A DNA stretch of 64,000 bases from Hormoscilla sp. (GCA_051439505.1 JBFRWI010000135.1:61192-125191), one strand, 5' to 3'; positions 30,386 through 40,962 are shown, numbered from the stretch's first letter. Notes: generated by a model not told the origin, from the sequence alone. Numbers and translations are program-made.

Positions 30386-32392
30386 CTACGATCGCTGTCC
30401 GACTAACTTCTCTCGCAACTGCTTCAGGCGATCGCGATATTTTGCGGCTTTTTCAAACTCCAAATTTTTGGCAGCTTCCTTCATCTGTGCTTCCAATTGG
30501 GTAATCACTTCGGGAATTTGTTCTAAGGACAGATCCTCTACCTGTGCGGAAACTGCTTCTAACTCCCGCACATTCAAGCGCCGGGAAACATCCAGAAATG
30601 CTAATATCGCATTACTGGATTTCTTGACGATCGGTTGGGGAGTGATTCCGTGCATCTTATTATATGCCATCTGAATCCCTCGCCGCCGATCGGTCTCTTC
30701 TATGGCCCGCTTCATGCTATCTGTCATATTATCCCCATAGAGGATCGCTTGTCCCCGAACGTGACGGGCCGCGCGACCGATCGTTTGGATCAGAGAACGT
30801 TCCGCCCGCAAAAAACCTTCTTTATCTGCATCCAAAATTGCTACCAGGGAAACTTCTGGTAAATCTAACCCTTCCCGCAACAAGTTGACGCCAATTAGCA
30901 CGTCAAAATTACCTTCCCGCAAATCCTGCAAGATTTCAATCCGTTGAATTGATTGGATCTCGGAATGCAGATAGCGCACCCGTATTCCTCTCTCTTCCAG
31001 ATAGTCGGTTAAATCTTCCGCCATCCGCTTGGTGAGAGTTGTCACTAACACCCGTTCCGACTTTTCCACCCGGTTTTTAATTTCCCCTAGCAAGTCGTCA
31101 ACTTGACCTGCTGTGGGTCGCACGCTAATTTCCGGGTCGATCACCCCTGTGGGTCTAATTACTTGTTCGATCACCTCATCTTGGGAAATTTCCAGTTCCC
31201 ATTCTCCTGGGGTAGCCGAGACAAATATACATTGATTCACCTTTTCCCAAAATTCCTCTGCTTTTAGGGGACGGTTGTCGGCGGCGCTGGGCAGGCGAAA
31301 CCCATGTTCTATCAATACCTGCTTCCGAGACCGATCGCCATTGTACATCCCCCTAATTTGCGGTACGGTAACGTGAGATTCATCCACCACTAATAACCAA
31401 TCTTTGGGGAAATAATCAACCAAACATTCTGGGGGTTCCCCCGGGTTCCGTCCTGCTAAATGGCGGGAATAGTTCTCCACGCCGTTGCAAGTCCCCACCT
31501 CAGACAGCATGTCGATATCGTATTTTGTCCGCTGTTCGAGACGCTGGGCTTCTAATAATTTACCCGCATGTTCTAATGCTGTCAAGCGCTGTTGTAATTC
31601 AGCTTTGATCTCCTCACAAGCAGCTTCCAGTCGGTCGGCGGGAGTGACGAAGTGACGGGCCGGGTAAATATTTACAGCCTCCAGATCCTGGATGGTTTTA
31701 CCGGTTACGGGGTCAACATAGAGAATAGCGTCTATTTCATCCCCAAAGAATTCTACTCGAATGATGCGGTCTTCGTAAGCGGGTCCTATTTCCAGCACAT
31801 CCCCTTTGACCCGGAATTTTCCCCGACCTAGATCTATATCGTTGCGGCTATATTGGATCGTAGCTAAATCTCGCAGCAGTTGACGTTGGTCTATTTCCGA
31901 TCCTATTCTGAGGGGAATGGAGGCTTTCAGATATTCTGCGGGAATTCCTAATCCGTAAATGCAACTGATGGAGGCTATGACTATGACATCCCGCCTTTCA
32001 AACAGCGATCGGGTGGCGGAATGGCGCAGCATGTCAATTTCATCGTTAATGGAAGCGGTTTTTTCGATGTAAGTATCGCTGACGGGAATGTAAGCTTCCG
32101 GTTGGTAATAGTCGTAGTAGCTGATGAAATATTCTACAGCATTGTTGGGGAAAAATTCTCGCAACTCGTTACACAACTGGGCGGCGAGGGTTTTGTTGTG
32201 GGCCAGAATTAATGTCGGTTTGCCGATTTTTTCGATAACGCAGGCCACCGTGTAGGTTTTCCCCGTTCCCGTCGCCCCTAACAGGGTTTGGTAGCTGTTT
32301 CCCCCTTGGATGCTGGTCGTCAGTTGCCTGATCGCATCTGGTTGGTCTCCCGTGGGTGCAAATGGTGCTTGGATCTGAAATGGTGTCATCAT
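30386..32392 (-). CDS. uvrB: Excinuclease ABC subunit B
   Basis: [18 protein letters not shown] and DESH motifs; C-terminal UVR domain. Confidence 0.98.
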   Translation of the reverse strand: MMTPFQIQAPFAPTGDQPDAIRQLTTSIQGGNSYQTLLGATGTGKTYTVACVIEKIGKPTLILAHNKTLAAQLCNELREFFPNNAVEYFISYYDYYQPEAYIPVSDTYIEKTASINDEIDMLRHSATRSLFERRDVIVIASISCIYGLGIPAEYLKASIPLRIGSEIDQRQLLRDLATIQYSRNDIDLGRGKFRVKGDVLEIGPAYEDRIIRVEFFGDEIDAILYVDPVTGKTIQDLEAVNIYPARHFVTPADRLEAACEEIKAELQQRLTALEHAGKLLEAQRLEQRTKYDIDMLSEVGTCNGVENYSRHLAGRNPGEPPECLVDYFPKDWLLVVDESHVTVPQIRGMYNGDRSRKQVLIEHGFRLPSAADNRPLKAEEFWEKVNQCIFVSATPGEWELEISQDEVIEQVIRPTGVIDPEISVRPTAGQVDDLLGEIKNRVEKSERVLVTTLTKRMAEDLTDYLEERGIRVRYLHSEIQSIQRIEILQDLREGNFDVLIGVNLLREGLDLPEVSLVAILDADKEGFLRAERSLIQTIGRAARHVRGQAILYGDNMTDSMKRAIEETDRRRGIQMAYNKMHGITPQPIVKKSSNAILAFLDVSRRLNVRELEAVSAQVEDLSLEQIPEVITQLEAQMKEAAKNLEFEKAAKYRDRLKQLREKLVGQRS

Positions 32393-32578
32393 AAGTTGCG
32401 AGTTCGTTCAACTCCTTCACTTCGCTGCCAGCCCGCCGGGGGTTCAAACCCCCGGCTAATAGCTAAAGTCGGTTAAAACCGACTAATATAATTTACATGG
32501 TTTTCAACAATTTTTATTTATTTTTATCATAACTTGCGCTTTCAACTCCTTATCTTTGCTTTTATCCCGCCTGGTAGT

Positions 32579-32797
32579 TTAACATTTCAGGCCGCAGGTC
32601 GATCGGATAACTATTAGCTGTTCGGCCCGGACGGCAAAACTGGCGTAGGTACAGCCATCATTGTCGCTGAATTCCACTTCAAAAACATTTGGGGCTAAAA
32701 TTTAGACCACTGTACCAACTTGCCCTCGGCGCAAACCCCGATCGGGCAATTCCTCAGTTAGCGCTACGACATCAAGCATCTGGATGTTCCTCTTCAT
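32579..32797 (-). pseudogene. DUF4926-like protein with an in-frame stop
   Basis: MKRNIQMLDVVALTEELPDRGLRRGQVGTVV*ILAPNVFEVEFSDNDG...; GAGGAG RBS. Confidence 0.8.
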
Positions 32798-32879
32798 TTA
32801 ATCTCCTCGTTCTTTCATGACCGACCTGTACTATAATTATAACGTATTTGTCATGTTTTTGTGTTTTGTTAAAAAAAAC

Positions 32880-33365
32880 GTGAAAACTATATCGCAACTT
32901 GACGCGCCTAGAATTCCCGATCGCAGCTTAGGCGGCTTTGACTTAAGAACGCCTATTCGCGAGTTCAGCGATTTGTTAGTTGGCTTAGGTTCGTGGAGAG
33001 AAGGGTTCTGTGAATTAGCATCAGCCTTTGAAGCCCGATATCGCCTGGGAAAAGGCGAAATCGAACTTGCTGTTGACGTGAGAAATGGCAAAATGTTTAA
33101 GATCGCAGCTTACCCGGGATACAAAGGAAAGCTGTTCGACAAAATTGTTGTGGGCATGAGAGTGAAAGCAGCAATGGAGTATGAACCCAGGTTATTTTAC
33201 AGTGAAGCAGAAGCAGCGATTCTCTGTCAATATTTCCCGGGTCTGACTCTGGACGTTCCTGACATTGATCCGCCACCGGAATTAATCCCAGATATGACGA
33301 TTTCGGCAATTTCCGTACATATTGCAGAACTCTACACTCCGCGAGGAATGTCTGGCGACTGGTAA
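32880..33365 (+). CDS. Hypothetical protein
   Basis: Open frame with plausible composition; start uncertain. Confidence 0.6.
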   Translation: MKTISQLDAPRIPDRSLGGFDLRTPIREFSDLLVGLGSWREGFCELASAFEARYRLGKGEIELAVDVRNGKMFKIAAYPGYKGKLFDKIVVGMRVKAAMEYEPRLFYSEAEAAILCQYFPGLTLDVPDIDPPPELIPDMTISAISVHIAELYTPRGMSGDW

Positions 33366-33410
33366 CCATAGTCTCTCACCCACAAAAAGGGGTGACATTA
33401 CCCCATTTAC

Positions 33411-33821
33411 TCACTCCTCGGTCGATAGCCAGTCTTCTAACTTCAGTCCCGGAACCCGCTGCATGTCAGAATCGTGAGAAACTAGAGTCAAGTCACGGGC
33501 GATCGCCGTTGCCGCGATTAAAATATCTGCATCTCCTATCGGCGTCCCCCTACGCTTTAACGCTGCATGGATCGCTGATGCCCTTTCTACAATTTCCATG
33601 TCATCCAAGAATAAAACTGTCACTTCTTGGCAAAACCTGTTAAAGATAGACAGCTTTCTGGTGGCATTAACGGCTAGCAGTCCTCTTTTAACTTCGTAGT
33701 AAGTTATGCAACTAATTGATACATCTTGCCCTAAACTATCCAACTGCCGGTATTTTTTCTTTACTGGTTCGTTGTTTTTGACAATGGCCGTCACTATGTT
33801 CGTATCCAGCAGATAACCCAT
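33411..33821 (-). CDS. vapC: VapC-family PIN toxin
   Basis: YLLDTN, YYEV, DADILIAATA and LVSHD motifs. Confidence 0.92.
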   Translation of the reverse strand: MGYLLDTNIVTAIVKNNEPVKKKYRQLDSLGQDVSISCITYYEVKRGLLAVNATRKLSIFNRFCQEVTVLFLDDMEIVERASAIHAALKRRGTPIGDADILIAATAIARDLTLVSHDSDMQRVPGLKLEDWLSTEE

Positions 33822-33823
33822 TT

Positions 33824-34123
33824 TTACCATCTCCCTTCTACGGCAGCGTCAAAATTTTCCATTTCTTCTGGACTGAGATCGTCTAACATTCCCGACAACA
33901 ACTCTAGCACCAGCATTTTCTTGATTCTGCGGGTTAGTTCGCGATCGTCGATCGCATGGAATTGCTCCGCCGACAAATTTTCTTCCATTGTTGTATAGAC
34001 TATGGAAATCATTTCCTCTGGATCTAATTCCTGCTGAAATTGGCTATCTTCTTGAATCGCATTTTCTACGATTCCGGATATCCGGGTAAATGTTGCGTTT
34101 TTGCTGGTAGCTTCTGCTATCAT
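33824..34123 (-). CDS. Putative antitoxin
   Basis: Acidic 99-aa ORF directly upstream of vapC; AGGAGG RBS. Confidence 0.7.
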   Translation of the reverse strand: MIAEATSKNATFTRISGIVENAIQEDSQFQQELDPEEMISIVYTTMEENLSAEQFHAIDDRELTRRIKKMLVLELLSGMLDDLSPEEMENFDAAVEGRW

Positions 34124-34182
34124 ACAATCCTCCTAATTATTATGCAATAGAACAACGGTTCTGGCCCCCTTCCTCAAGGATA

Positions 34183-35595
34183 TCAGATAACTTGGGATAA
34201 TGCCTGTAGGAATTCTGCTGCCGTCTTAAAATGGATCTGTGGGTTATCAATTAGGGCCAGGTCTATTACTTCTGCTAGATCCTTGGGAAGGGATGGGTTG
34301 CGCTGTAATATGGGCACCGCATTGGTCTGCAATATTACTAACCACGGTTCTGGTTTAGCATCAAAGTTGCGCGGGTAGGTTCCCGTAAGCATATAATATA
34401 AAACTGCTGCTGCTGCCCACACGTCAACTTCTGGTAAGGCATATTTAAAATCTATTACTTGCTGTCGGGGCATAAAGCAGGGCGTCCCTGCTTTGGTCCC
34501 CGTGGCCGTCAGTCCGCTTAGTCCTGCTAAATCGAAGGCTTTCGATAACCCGTAGTCGGCGATCTTCGCTATGGGAAAACTATCAATATTGGTCAGTAAG
34601 ATATTACTCGGTTTCAGATCCCGATGGACCAATCCTCGACCCGTGTTAACGCGACTATCTGCTAGTTTGACTTCGGGAAGATAGGCGTTGTGGGCGTATG
34701 CTAATCCTTCCAGGACTTGCTTGATAATGGGGATGGCTGTTTCTAGGTCTAGTTTACCTCCCCGGCGCGAGATGAAGTCTGCTAAACTGCCTCCTTCACA
34801 ATATTCTAAAGTAAAGAAGAAGGTGTCTTCACTGTATCCCGCTTCCTTTAGCTGCACCACGTGGGGATGGTTTAATGCTTTCGTGTTCTGGGCTTCCCGC
34901 AGGAATTTATCGATGTTTTCCTGGGCCCCTAAGACTGCGGGTAACATGACTTTTAATGCTACTTGTTCTCCCGTCCGATCGCGCTGGGCTAAATATACTG
35001 CGCCGTTAGCCCCCTCTCCCAGTTGTCTGACGATCCGGTAGCCGCGAATAGCAATGAGTTCTTCGGCGTTTTCCCTTGCCTGCGCCCGCCAGAGTAAATC
35101 CTGGAGTCTTTCCCACAAGTTGGGTTTTCTGGAGGGGATGGTAGGAGGAATTTTCCCTTGGGTTTCTGGGATAATTTTCAGGGTGGGGGCAATTTCCTCG
35201 GTCTCTGTGGGGATGTCGATGGTAACCTGGAATATAGCCTTCCCCACCTTGATGATATCGCCTGTTTTTAAGTCATGTTCGGGAAAAGTTATCCCCGCAG
35301 CGTCTTCGGGAGTTCGATCCTTTGGGCGCTGTCCAATTTTTGCCCCATTCAGATAAGTGCCGTTTTTGCTGCCAAAGTCCCGCACCCGGATGTTGGGAGG
35401 GTTGATGTCTAGCAAACAGTGATAGCGGGAGATGCTGCGATGCTGTTCGTCATCGGGTATTTTAATCTGGCAGTCTTGGGCCCGACCGATGATGCAGGTG
35501 GTGCGTTCTGCAAAGATATATTCCTGTCCTTGCAAGTCTCCTTCCGTGATGGTGAGGGTAACTTTGGCTGACATATTTCTTCCTTCGCTATTCAT
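34183..35595 (-). CDS. FHA-domain Ser/Thr protein kinase
   Basis: IGR..SRYH..SKNGT FHA motifs; GEGANG, ALK, HRDLKPSN, DYG. Confidence 0.94.
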   Translation of the reverse strand: MNSEGRNMSAKVTLTITEGDLQGQEYIFAERTTCIIGRAQDCQIKIPDDEQHRSISRYHCLLDINPPNIRVRDFGSKNGTYLNGAKIGQRPKDRTPEDAAGITFPEHDLKTGDIIKVGKAIFQVTIDIPTETEEIAPTLKIIPETQGKIPPTIPSRKPNLWERLQDLLWRAQARENAEELIAIRGYRIVRQLGEGANGAVYLAQRDRTGEQVALKVMLPAVLGAQENIDKFLREAQNTKALNHPHVVQLKEAGYSEDTFFFTLEYCEGGSLADFISRRGGKLDLETAIPIIKQVLEGLAYAHNAYLPEVKLADSRVNTGRGLVHRDLKPSNILLTNIDSFPIAKIADYGLSKAFDLAGLSGLTATGTKAGTPCFMPRQQVIDFKYALPEVDVWAAAAVLYYMLTGTYPRNFDAKPEPWLVILQTNAVPILQRNPSLPKDLAEVIDLALIDNPQIHFKTAAEFLQALSQVI

Positions 35596-35720
35596 AATTC
35601 GCCATCGGGCTTGCGTAAACCCTATTCGTCAATTATAACTGTAAGGATACGGCATGAAGGGAGCTGATGACATCCCTTTTTTTGCGCGATCGGGGGCAAC
35701 ATTTCTGCATGATGGCTTAC

Positions 35721-36008
35721 TCATAACTCTTCATACAAGTCTTTCCATTCCGAGTTAATACTGTTGACTAAATCAAGTTTTTTCTGCCGAGATCCTGCTT
35801 TAATCTGTTTCTCTCTCGCGATCGCCTCCGTAACATCTTCATAAATCTCATAGTAGACCAATTTATTAATATTGTACCTCTTGGTAAATCCTGCTATCAA
35901 CTTTGATTTGTGTTCGTAAACTCTTCTCTGTAAATCGTTCGTTACCCCCGTGTAAAGCACGGTGTTATGCTTGTTGGTCATTATGTACAAATAATATTGT
36001 TTACTCAT
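35721..36008 (-). CDS. Stand-alone GIY-YIG nuclease
   Basis: YLYI...LYTGVTNDLQRRVYEH, FTKRY, AIAREKQIK, N..WKDL. Confidence 0.92.
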   Translation of the reverse strand: MSKQYYLYIMTNKHNTVLYTGVTNDLQRRVYEHKSKLIAGFTKRYNINKLVYYEIYEDVTEAIAREKQIKAGSRQKKLDLVNSINSEWKDLYEEL

Positions 36009-36060
36009 GGCTGTTCAGTTTGTCATTTCTTCGCTACACATATTTCTCACTCAGTATCTT

Positions 36061-36693
36061 TGTCATTGCGAGGGGGGACTCCGCGATCGACAAGCAGGTC
36101 AACTGAGTAATTCCCCCCGAAGCAATCTCCTCTGTGAGCACATTTGTCATTGCGAGGGGGGTTCCGACGCGATCGACTTACGGTCAATTGAGTCATTCCC
36201 CCCGAAGCAATCCCCTCACCAAGGCTACTTGTCATTGCGAGGGGGGTTCCGACGCGATCGACTTATGCTTCCTTGAGTAATTCCCCCCGAAGCAATCCCC
36301 TCACCAAGGCTACTTGTCATTAAGTTAATCACTACGTTTCCCCCTCGCAATGACAAGTATTGGGTCCACCAGTAGTCGTCTGCCCGACCCCGGAGGCCAT
36401 AGCAATTCCCGACCAAGCAGGAGATTGCTTCGGGGGGGAGATTGCTTCGTGCCTCGCAACGCTGCGCGACTCTATGAAAGCATAAGTTAATCACTACATT
36501 TCCCCCTCGCAATGACAAGTATTGGGTCCACCAGTAGTCGTCTGCCCGATCCCGGAGACCATAGCAATTCCCCACCAAGTAGGAGATTGCTTCGGGGGGT
36601 TAACCTATGAAAGCATAAGTTAATCACTACGTTTCCCCCTCGCAATGACAAGTATTGGGTCCACCAACAGGCGTCTGTCCGACCCCGGAGACC
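36061..36693. repeat. Cluster of TGTC-tagged palindromic repeats (3 forward + 3 reverse)
   Basis: Forward units start at 36061, 36145 and 36230 (84-85-bp period); reverse units end at 36355, 36517 and 36650, each followed by a shared linker. Confidence 0.93.
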
Positions 36694-36871
36694 AGCGTGA
36701 ATGTTTTCCTTTGATTTGAGTTAATTTTCTGTTCTGTTCTATGATCGCCAGTTCCCCTCTCGGAATTTCGCCCCACGGGCGCGGTGCCAGGTATCGGATC
36801 GCTGGAATGCCTATTATGTCGTAAAAAAGTTCCCTTATCTTTTCTTCTGATTCGGCTGTGGCGCTTATACG

Positions 36872-38167
36872 CTACAGTTTACACATCTGTGCGCGAGAGA
36901 AGAGACTCACATACCTTACCCGCCTACCCCGCCACCACACCAAAGCCCCCACCGGGAGATGACCGGTGGGTGCGGCCAGGCCATAAGTCATTTTACTTAA
37001 TAACTGCCATCTTCCTTTTACACGCCATCCGACCCGATCGCCCAGACGGCATTCTGTTTCCCAATCCACTTTTCCTCCCTCTTCCAGCCAGATGCGCTTC
37101 TGCACCGAAAAGCCGAAGCGCCCATTGCTGTATTTTACCCATAGTTTGTCTATTGAGCGCAGGTCTTCACAGGGAAAATTTTCTATATCTTCTTCTCTTA
37201 ACCAACCGTCCTTTTCCCGTCCCGCCACTTGCAGCATGAGGAGGGCCGTTTCTTCGTCCGCCTCTTTCCACTCTCCTGCGGCCAGCAAATCCCGTAATTT
37301 ATGATATCTTGCTGGAACCGGTTCTTCAGATTGGGGAAAAAGCGGTTTGACTTCGCTCACCCCAAGCAACTGCAAGAATTCCGCCACCGACTGGGGCCGG
37401 TCTTGGGGATACAACTCCATCCCCTGAAGAATGGCTTGATTGATTCTATTACTTATTTGGGAATTATGTTGCTGGGGGGGAATGATAGGAACATTTTGTT
37501 TGCGGACTTCCGCTGGGAAGGGTTTCTGCTCCGTTAGCAAATAATATAATGTCGCCGCCAAGGCATAAACATCGGTAAAAGCACCGCGTTTCGCCTTAAG
37601 TTCGTATTGTTCTATGGGGGCGAAGCACTCGGTGCGATAATTAGTCTGAGACATGGTCCGACCATCAATATACTCCCGCGCTAACCCAAAATCAATTAAT
37701 ACTGCTTCCCGAGTATCCCGGCGCAGGACAATATTATGTGGTTTCACGTCCCGATGCAAGAAACCTTGTTGGTGAACGCAAGTCAAGGCTTCTCCCACTT
37801 GGCGGATAATGGTTAAAGCTTCCTCTTCTGAAAATATCCCCCGATCGTCTATATAAAACCATAAATCTTTGCCATCTATATATTCCATGACCATACCCCA
37901 TAGGGCTTCTTCTTGGAATACGTCATAGACTTCCACGATGTGGGGATGACTGCATTTGGCCAGACGAAAAGCTTCTTGGACGAATTTTTCCTGTAGCTTG
38001 GGAAAACCCTCGTCCTCCTGGCGTCTCGGGTCGAGGGTTTTGATGGCTACCTGCTTGCCATCTCGCTGTTGCTTGGCCAGATAGGTGACACCGAAACCCC
38101 CGCCACCTATCCGTTCGGTGATGATATATTTCCCATTTTGGAGTGCTTGTCCCTTTTTCCAAGTCAT
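36872..38167 (-). CDS. Ser/Thr protein kinase with C-terminal GUN4 domain
   Basis: HRDVKPHN and DFG; GUN4 motifs WKEADEET, FPCEDLRSID.LW, GRFGFSVQ, GHLP. Confidence 0.93.
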   Translation of the reverse strand: MTWKKGQALQNGKYIITERIGGGGFGVTYLAKQQRDGKQVAIKTLDPRRQEDEGFPKLQEKFVQEAFRLAKCSHPHIVEVYDVFQEEALWGMVMEYIDGKDLWFYIDDRGIFSEEEALTIIRQVGEALTCVHQQGFLHRDVKPHNIVLRRDTREAVLIDFGLAREYIDGRTMSQTNYRTECFAPIEQYELKAKRGAFTDVYALAATLYYLLTEQKPFPAEVRKQNVPIIPPQQHNSQISNRINQAILQGMELYPQDRPQSVAEFLQLLGVSEVKPLFPQSEEPVPARYHKLRDLLAAGEWKEADEETALLMLQVAGREKDGWLREEDIENFPCEDLRSIDKLWVKYSNGRFGFSVQKRIWLEEGGKVDWETECRLGDRVGWRVKGRWQLLSKMTYGLAAPTGHLPVGALVWWRGRRVRYVSLFSRAQMCKL

Positions 38168-38324
38168 TGTTCCCGCAAATATGGTCGTTGACTATCGATT
38201 ACTAGCATATCATAGCATGTGGTACTGGTTCAGTCTCGTTAAATGAAAGCTCGAATGCCCTCTACCGCATCATGGTTGGAGGCGAGTAGTTAAAAAATCC
38301 GTCAAACCTTTGACTGGCAAGGAC

Positions 38325-38353
38325 TTGATATGAGTTTTTTCGCTCGATATAAA
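38325..38353 (+). promoter_or_regulatory. sigma70-like promoter at the head of the 21-nt array
   Basis: TTGATA-N17-TATAAA. Confidence 0.45.
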
Positions 38354-38354
38354 C

Positions 38355-39213
38355 CAGGGCATTCTCAGTCTCAACGTTTTCAATTCCAGTTTTAACGTTA
38401 ATATGGCCATTTTCAGCATTTAAGCAATCGGCTCTAACTTGCCAATCGCCAGTTAGAACGTTAAAATAGTCTGTGACAAGGTTCAAGTCGCCAGTCTTAA
38501 AGTGCCGATGACCGGTTACAACATGGGTATAGCCAGAATTTATGTCAAAATGGCCATTTTTAGCATTGAATCAGTCGGATCCAACGTAATAATAGCCAGT
38601 GCTAAGGCCAAAAATGCCATTTTTTGCATTAAGCAGTCGGCTCCAACTTGCAAATTGCCAGTTGGAACGTTAAAATAGTCTGTGACAAAGTTCCGATGGC
38701 CAGTTCCCAAGTGCCAATGACTGGCTCTAACATAAGGATAGTCAGAATAAAGGTCAAAATGGCCATTACCAGAATTTAAGCAGTCGGCTCCAACTTGCAA
38801 ATTGCCAGTTAGAACGTTAAAATAGTCTGTGACAAAGTTCCGATGGCCAGTTCCCAAGTGCCAATGACCGGCTCTAACATGGGGATATCCAGAATCAAGG
38901 TCAAAATGGCCATAACCAGAATTTAAGCAGTCGGTTCCAACTTGCAAATTGCCAGTTGGAACGTTAAAATAGTCTGTGACAAAGTTCAGATGGCCAGTCC
39001 CAAAGTGCCAATGACCGGCTCCAACATGGGGATAGCCAGGCTAAAGGTAAAAATGGCCATTTATTGTCTTAAATCAGTCGGATCTAACGTCAAAATGCCT
39101 AGTTTTAAGGGGGCAACTACAGTATTAACGTGAAAATAGCCAAATTTCATGTTAAGATAGTCAAGCATGACGCTAAAATAGTCAAGATCGACGGTTAAAT
39201 AACCAAAGCAGAG
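38355..39213. repeat. Degenerate 21-bp-period array (~41 units) with a 147-bp (7x21) higher-order repeat
   Basis: TTAAAATAGTCTGTGACAA recurs at 38461, 38670, 38817 and 38964; units align in a 21-nt register with two 1-nt slips. Confidence 0.92.
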
Positions 39214-39240
39214 ATTTATTTGTAAATAGGAGAAGAGACA

Positions 39241-39849
39241 ATGCCTCGTTTTCCGACACGAGAAGATGAAATAGCTTCTCTGGCCAACGACATCATCATT
39301 GGATTAGAAAATAACCCCAGTCTTTTGACCGCTCCCATCGTCGATATCCCTACCATGCGTGCCAGTTTAGAAAATTATCGCACGGCTAAAGTCAAAGTCA
39401 CCGCCGCCCAAGCTGCCGTAAAAGAAGCAGTTGAAGAGAAAGACGAATTATTGGCAGACTTGGTGGAAGAAATGAAACAAATCATCCGCCAAGCGGAAAA
39501 CGAAACCCAATATAACGATACCTCCTTAAAGAAAATTGGTTGGGGAGGGCGAACCCGTCGCACCAGCATCGAACCTCCCGGACAAGTGCGGAACCTGGAA
39601 GCACCTCGTCAAGGTGCGGGTTGGGTAGTTTTAGATTGGAAAACCCCCAGCGATGGAGGGAAAGTAGTCACCTACAAAGTGCAAATGTTCGACCGTGACA
39701 CTGACAGTTGGAAAGAGGTCACAAGCACCTTAAACACGGAAGCAACTCTGGTGGAACAAGAACGAACAAAAACTTTAGAATATCGCGTCATCGCCATCAA
39801 TAGAGCAGGTGAAGGAGCCCCCAGCAATACCGTATTAGTTAATTTGTAA
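39241..39849 (+). CDS. Helical N-terminal + fibronectin type III-like domain protein (paralog of 3298-3909)
   Basis: AGGAG RBS; shares GWGGR, PGQVR.LE, QG.GW..LDWK.P and VIAIN.AGEG.PSN with the paralog. Confidence 0.87.
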   Translation: MPRFPTREDEIASLANDIIIGLENNPSLLTAPIVDIPTMRASLENYRTAKVKVTAAQAAVKEAVEEKDELLADLVEEMKQIIRQAENETQYNDTSLKKIGWGGRTRRTSIEPPGQVRNLEAPRQGAGWVVLDWKTPSDGGKVVTYKVQMFDRDTDSWKEVTSTLNTEATLVEQERTKTLEYRVIAINRAGEGAPSNTVLVNL

Positions 39850-40050
39850 ATGGCTAATTGCTAATGGCTAATAGCTAATGGCTAATTGCTAATTGCTAAT
39901 GGCGAATGGTAAATGGCTAATTGCTAATGGCGAATGGCGAATGGTAAATGGCTAATTGTTAATGGCTAATGGCTAATTGCCGCTTGCTAATTGCTAATGG
40001 CTAATGGTAAATGGCTAGAACTAACAATTAGCCATTAACAATTAGCAAGC
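39848..40050. repeat. Long STRR heptamer tract (AATGGCT/AATTGCT) with a short inverted arm
   Basis: More than 20 degenerate heptamers. Confidence 0.9.
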
Positions 40051-40058
40051 GGCGTCTG

Positions 40059-40450
40059 TCAGCTCCGCCGCCAAATCTTGACAGTCTTATCATCGCTACC
40101 ACTGACAAGAGTCTTTCCATCCGACGTTATAGCGACAGCATAAACCCCTGCAAATAAACCAGGGGGTTGCACAGTTAGGGGATGATAGGAGTTGCGGTCT
40201 TTGTCCATTAGCCATTAGCCATTAGCAAAAAGGGAAAATTTATCAACCATCATCGGTAAAAATGTGCAACGCCTAAACCAGAATGTCCCGTCAGGGTACC
40301 CAGTTCCTGGCCCGTAGCCAAATGCCACAGCTCGATCTGCTTGTCATCGCCACCACTGACAAGTATCTGCCCATTCGGACTAATAGCGAGAGCACTAATA
40401 GCCTTTGCATGTCCCGTAAACCTGCGAATTTCTTCTGGAATCTCCAGTAA
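40059..40450 (-). pseudogene. WD40-repeat gene remnant interrupted by a MITE
   Basis: FTGHAKAISALAISPNGQILVSGGDDKQIELW...LTGHSGL[MITE]FAGVYAVAITSDGKTLVSGSDDKTVKIW. Confidence 0.85.
40163..40273. mobile_element. MITE family B
   Basis: TIR GGGGTTGCACA/TGTGCAACGCC, 8-bp TSD TAAACCAG; internal identity with 20265-20424. Confidence 0.88.
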
Positions 40451-40962
40451 AAGTGCATTCTAGTTGCACATTTTGCCAGTTGCGCTCACTTGTATTTGAT
40501 AGTCAGCTGTCTCGATGATGCAGCCCGCGCAGGCGGGCGAAAGTACCTGTAGCCGGACCATGCACGGGTGAGGGCGGGGGAGCCTCCTATCAACTGGTGC
40601 AAGACCACACCCCTCCCGGGAAGTTGATTCCCACCGGCGAAGAGCTGTCAGGCCAGAGTAGTCCGATCTTACCAGTCCCTCCCTTCACTCTCACCGGTCC
40701 TCAATCTTTCCCTTAACATCCACCGGTCACAACTAACATAATTTACAAAAGTTTACATAAATTTCGGTTTTTGTTAGACATTCTAACTTACACTAATAGT
40801 GTATTTAGATTTTCTTAAGAAATAAGAGGGGATCGATCCTGGCCACCACTCGGGCCATCTTCCCAGCGGCGATCGCCCTCGGAGGGGAAGCTGTCAGAAA
40901 AGTTGCTGCGATCGGGCAACTTGGGCAGCTACTTGCAGCATGAAGTTAACACCCAATAGATT

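Noticed and set aside
30169..30504. 111-aa ORF
   Set aside because: Overlaps the uvrB end; the recognisable motif lies in a different frame (zinc-ribbon fragment)
36007..36578. ORFs with CHCEGG / LSLRGG repeats (similar ones at 3131-3367 and 6444-6780)
   Set aside because: Translations of the TGTC-REP elements
36061..36650. CRISPR array
   Set aside because: Units switch orientation, intervening sequences resemble each other, and no cas genes are present; fits REP-type repeats
38262..39133. ORFs 38262-38486, 38540-38947 and 38942-39133 as real genes
   Set aside because: They lie within the periodic array and are broken by stops and 1-nt slips, with no convincing starts; a decayed heptad gene is kept only as an alternative hypothesis
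40610..40940. Possible riboswitch or ncRNA (repeated AGCTGTCAG)
   Set aside because: Only a short shared motif; no known fold could be supported
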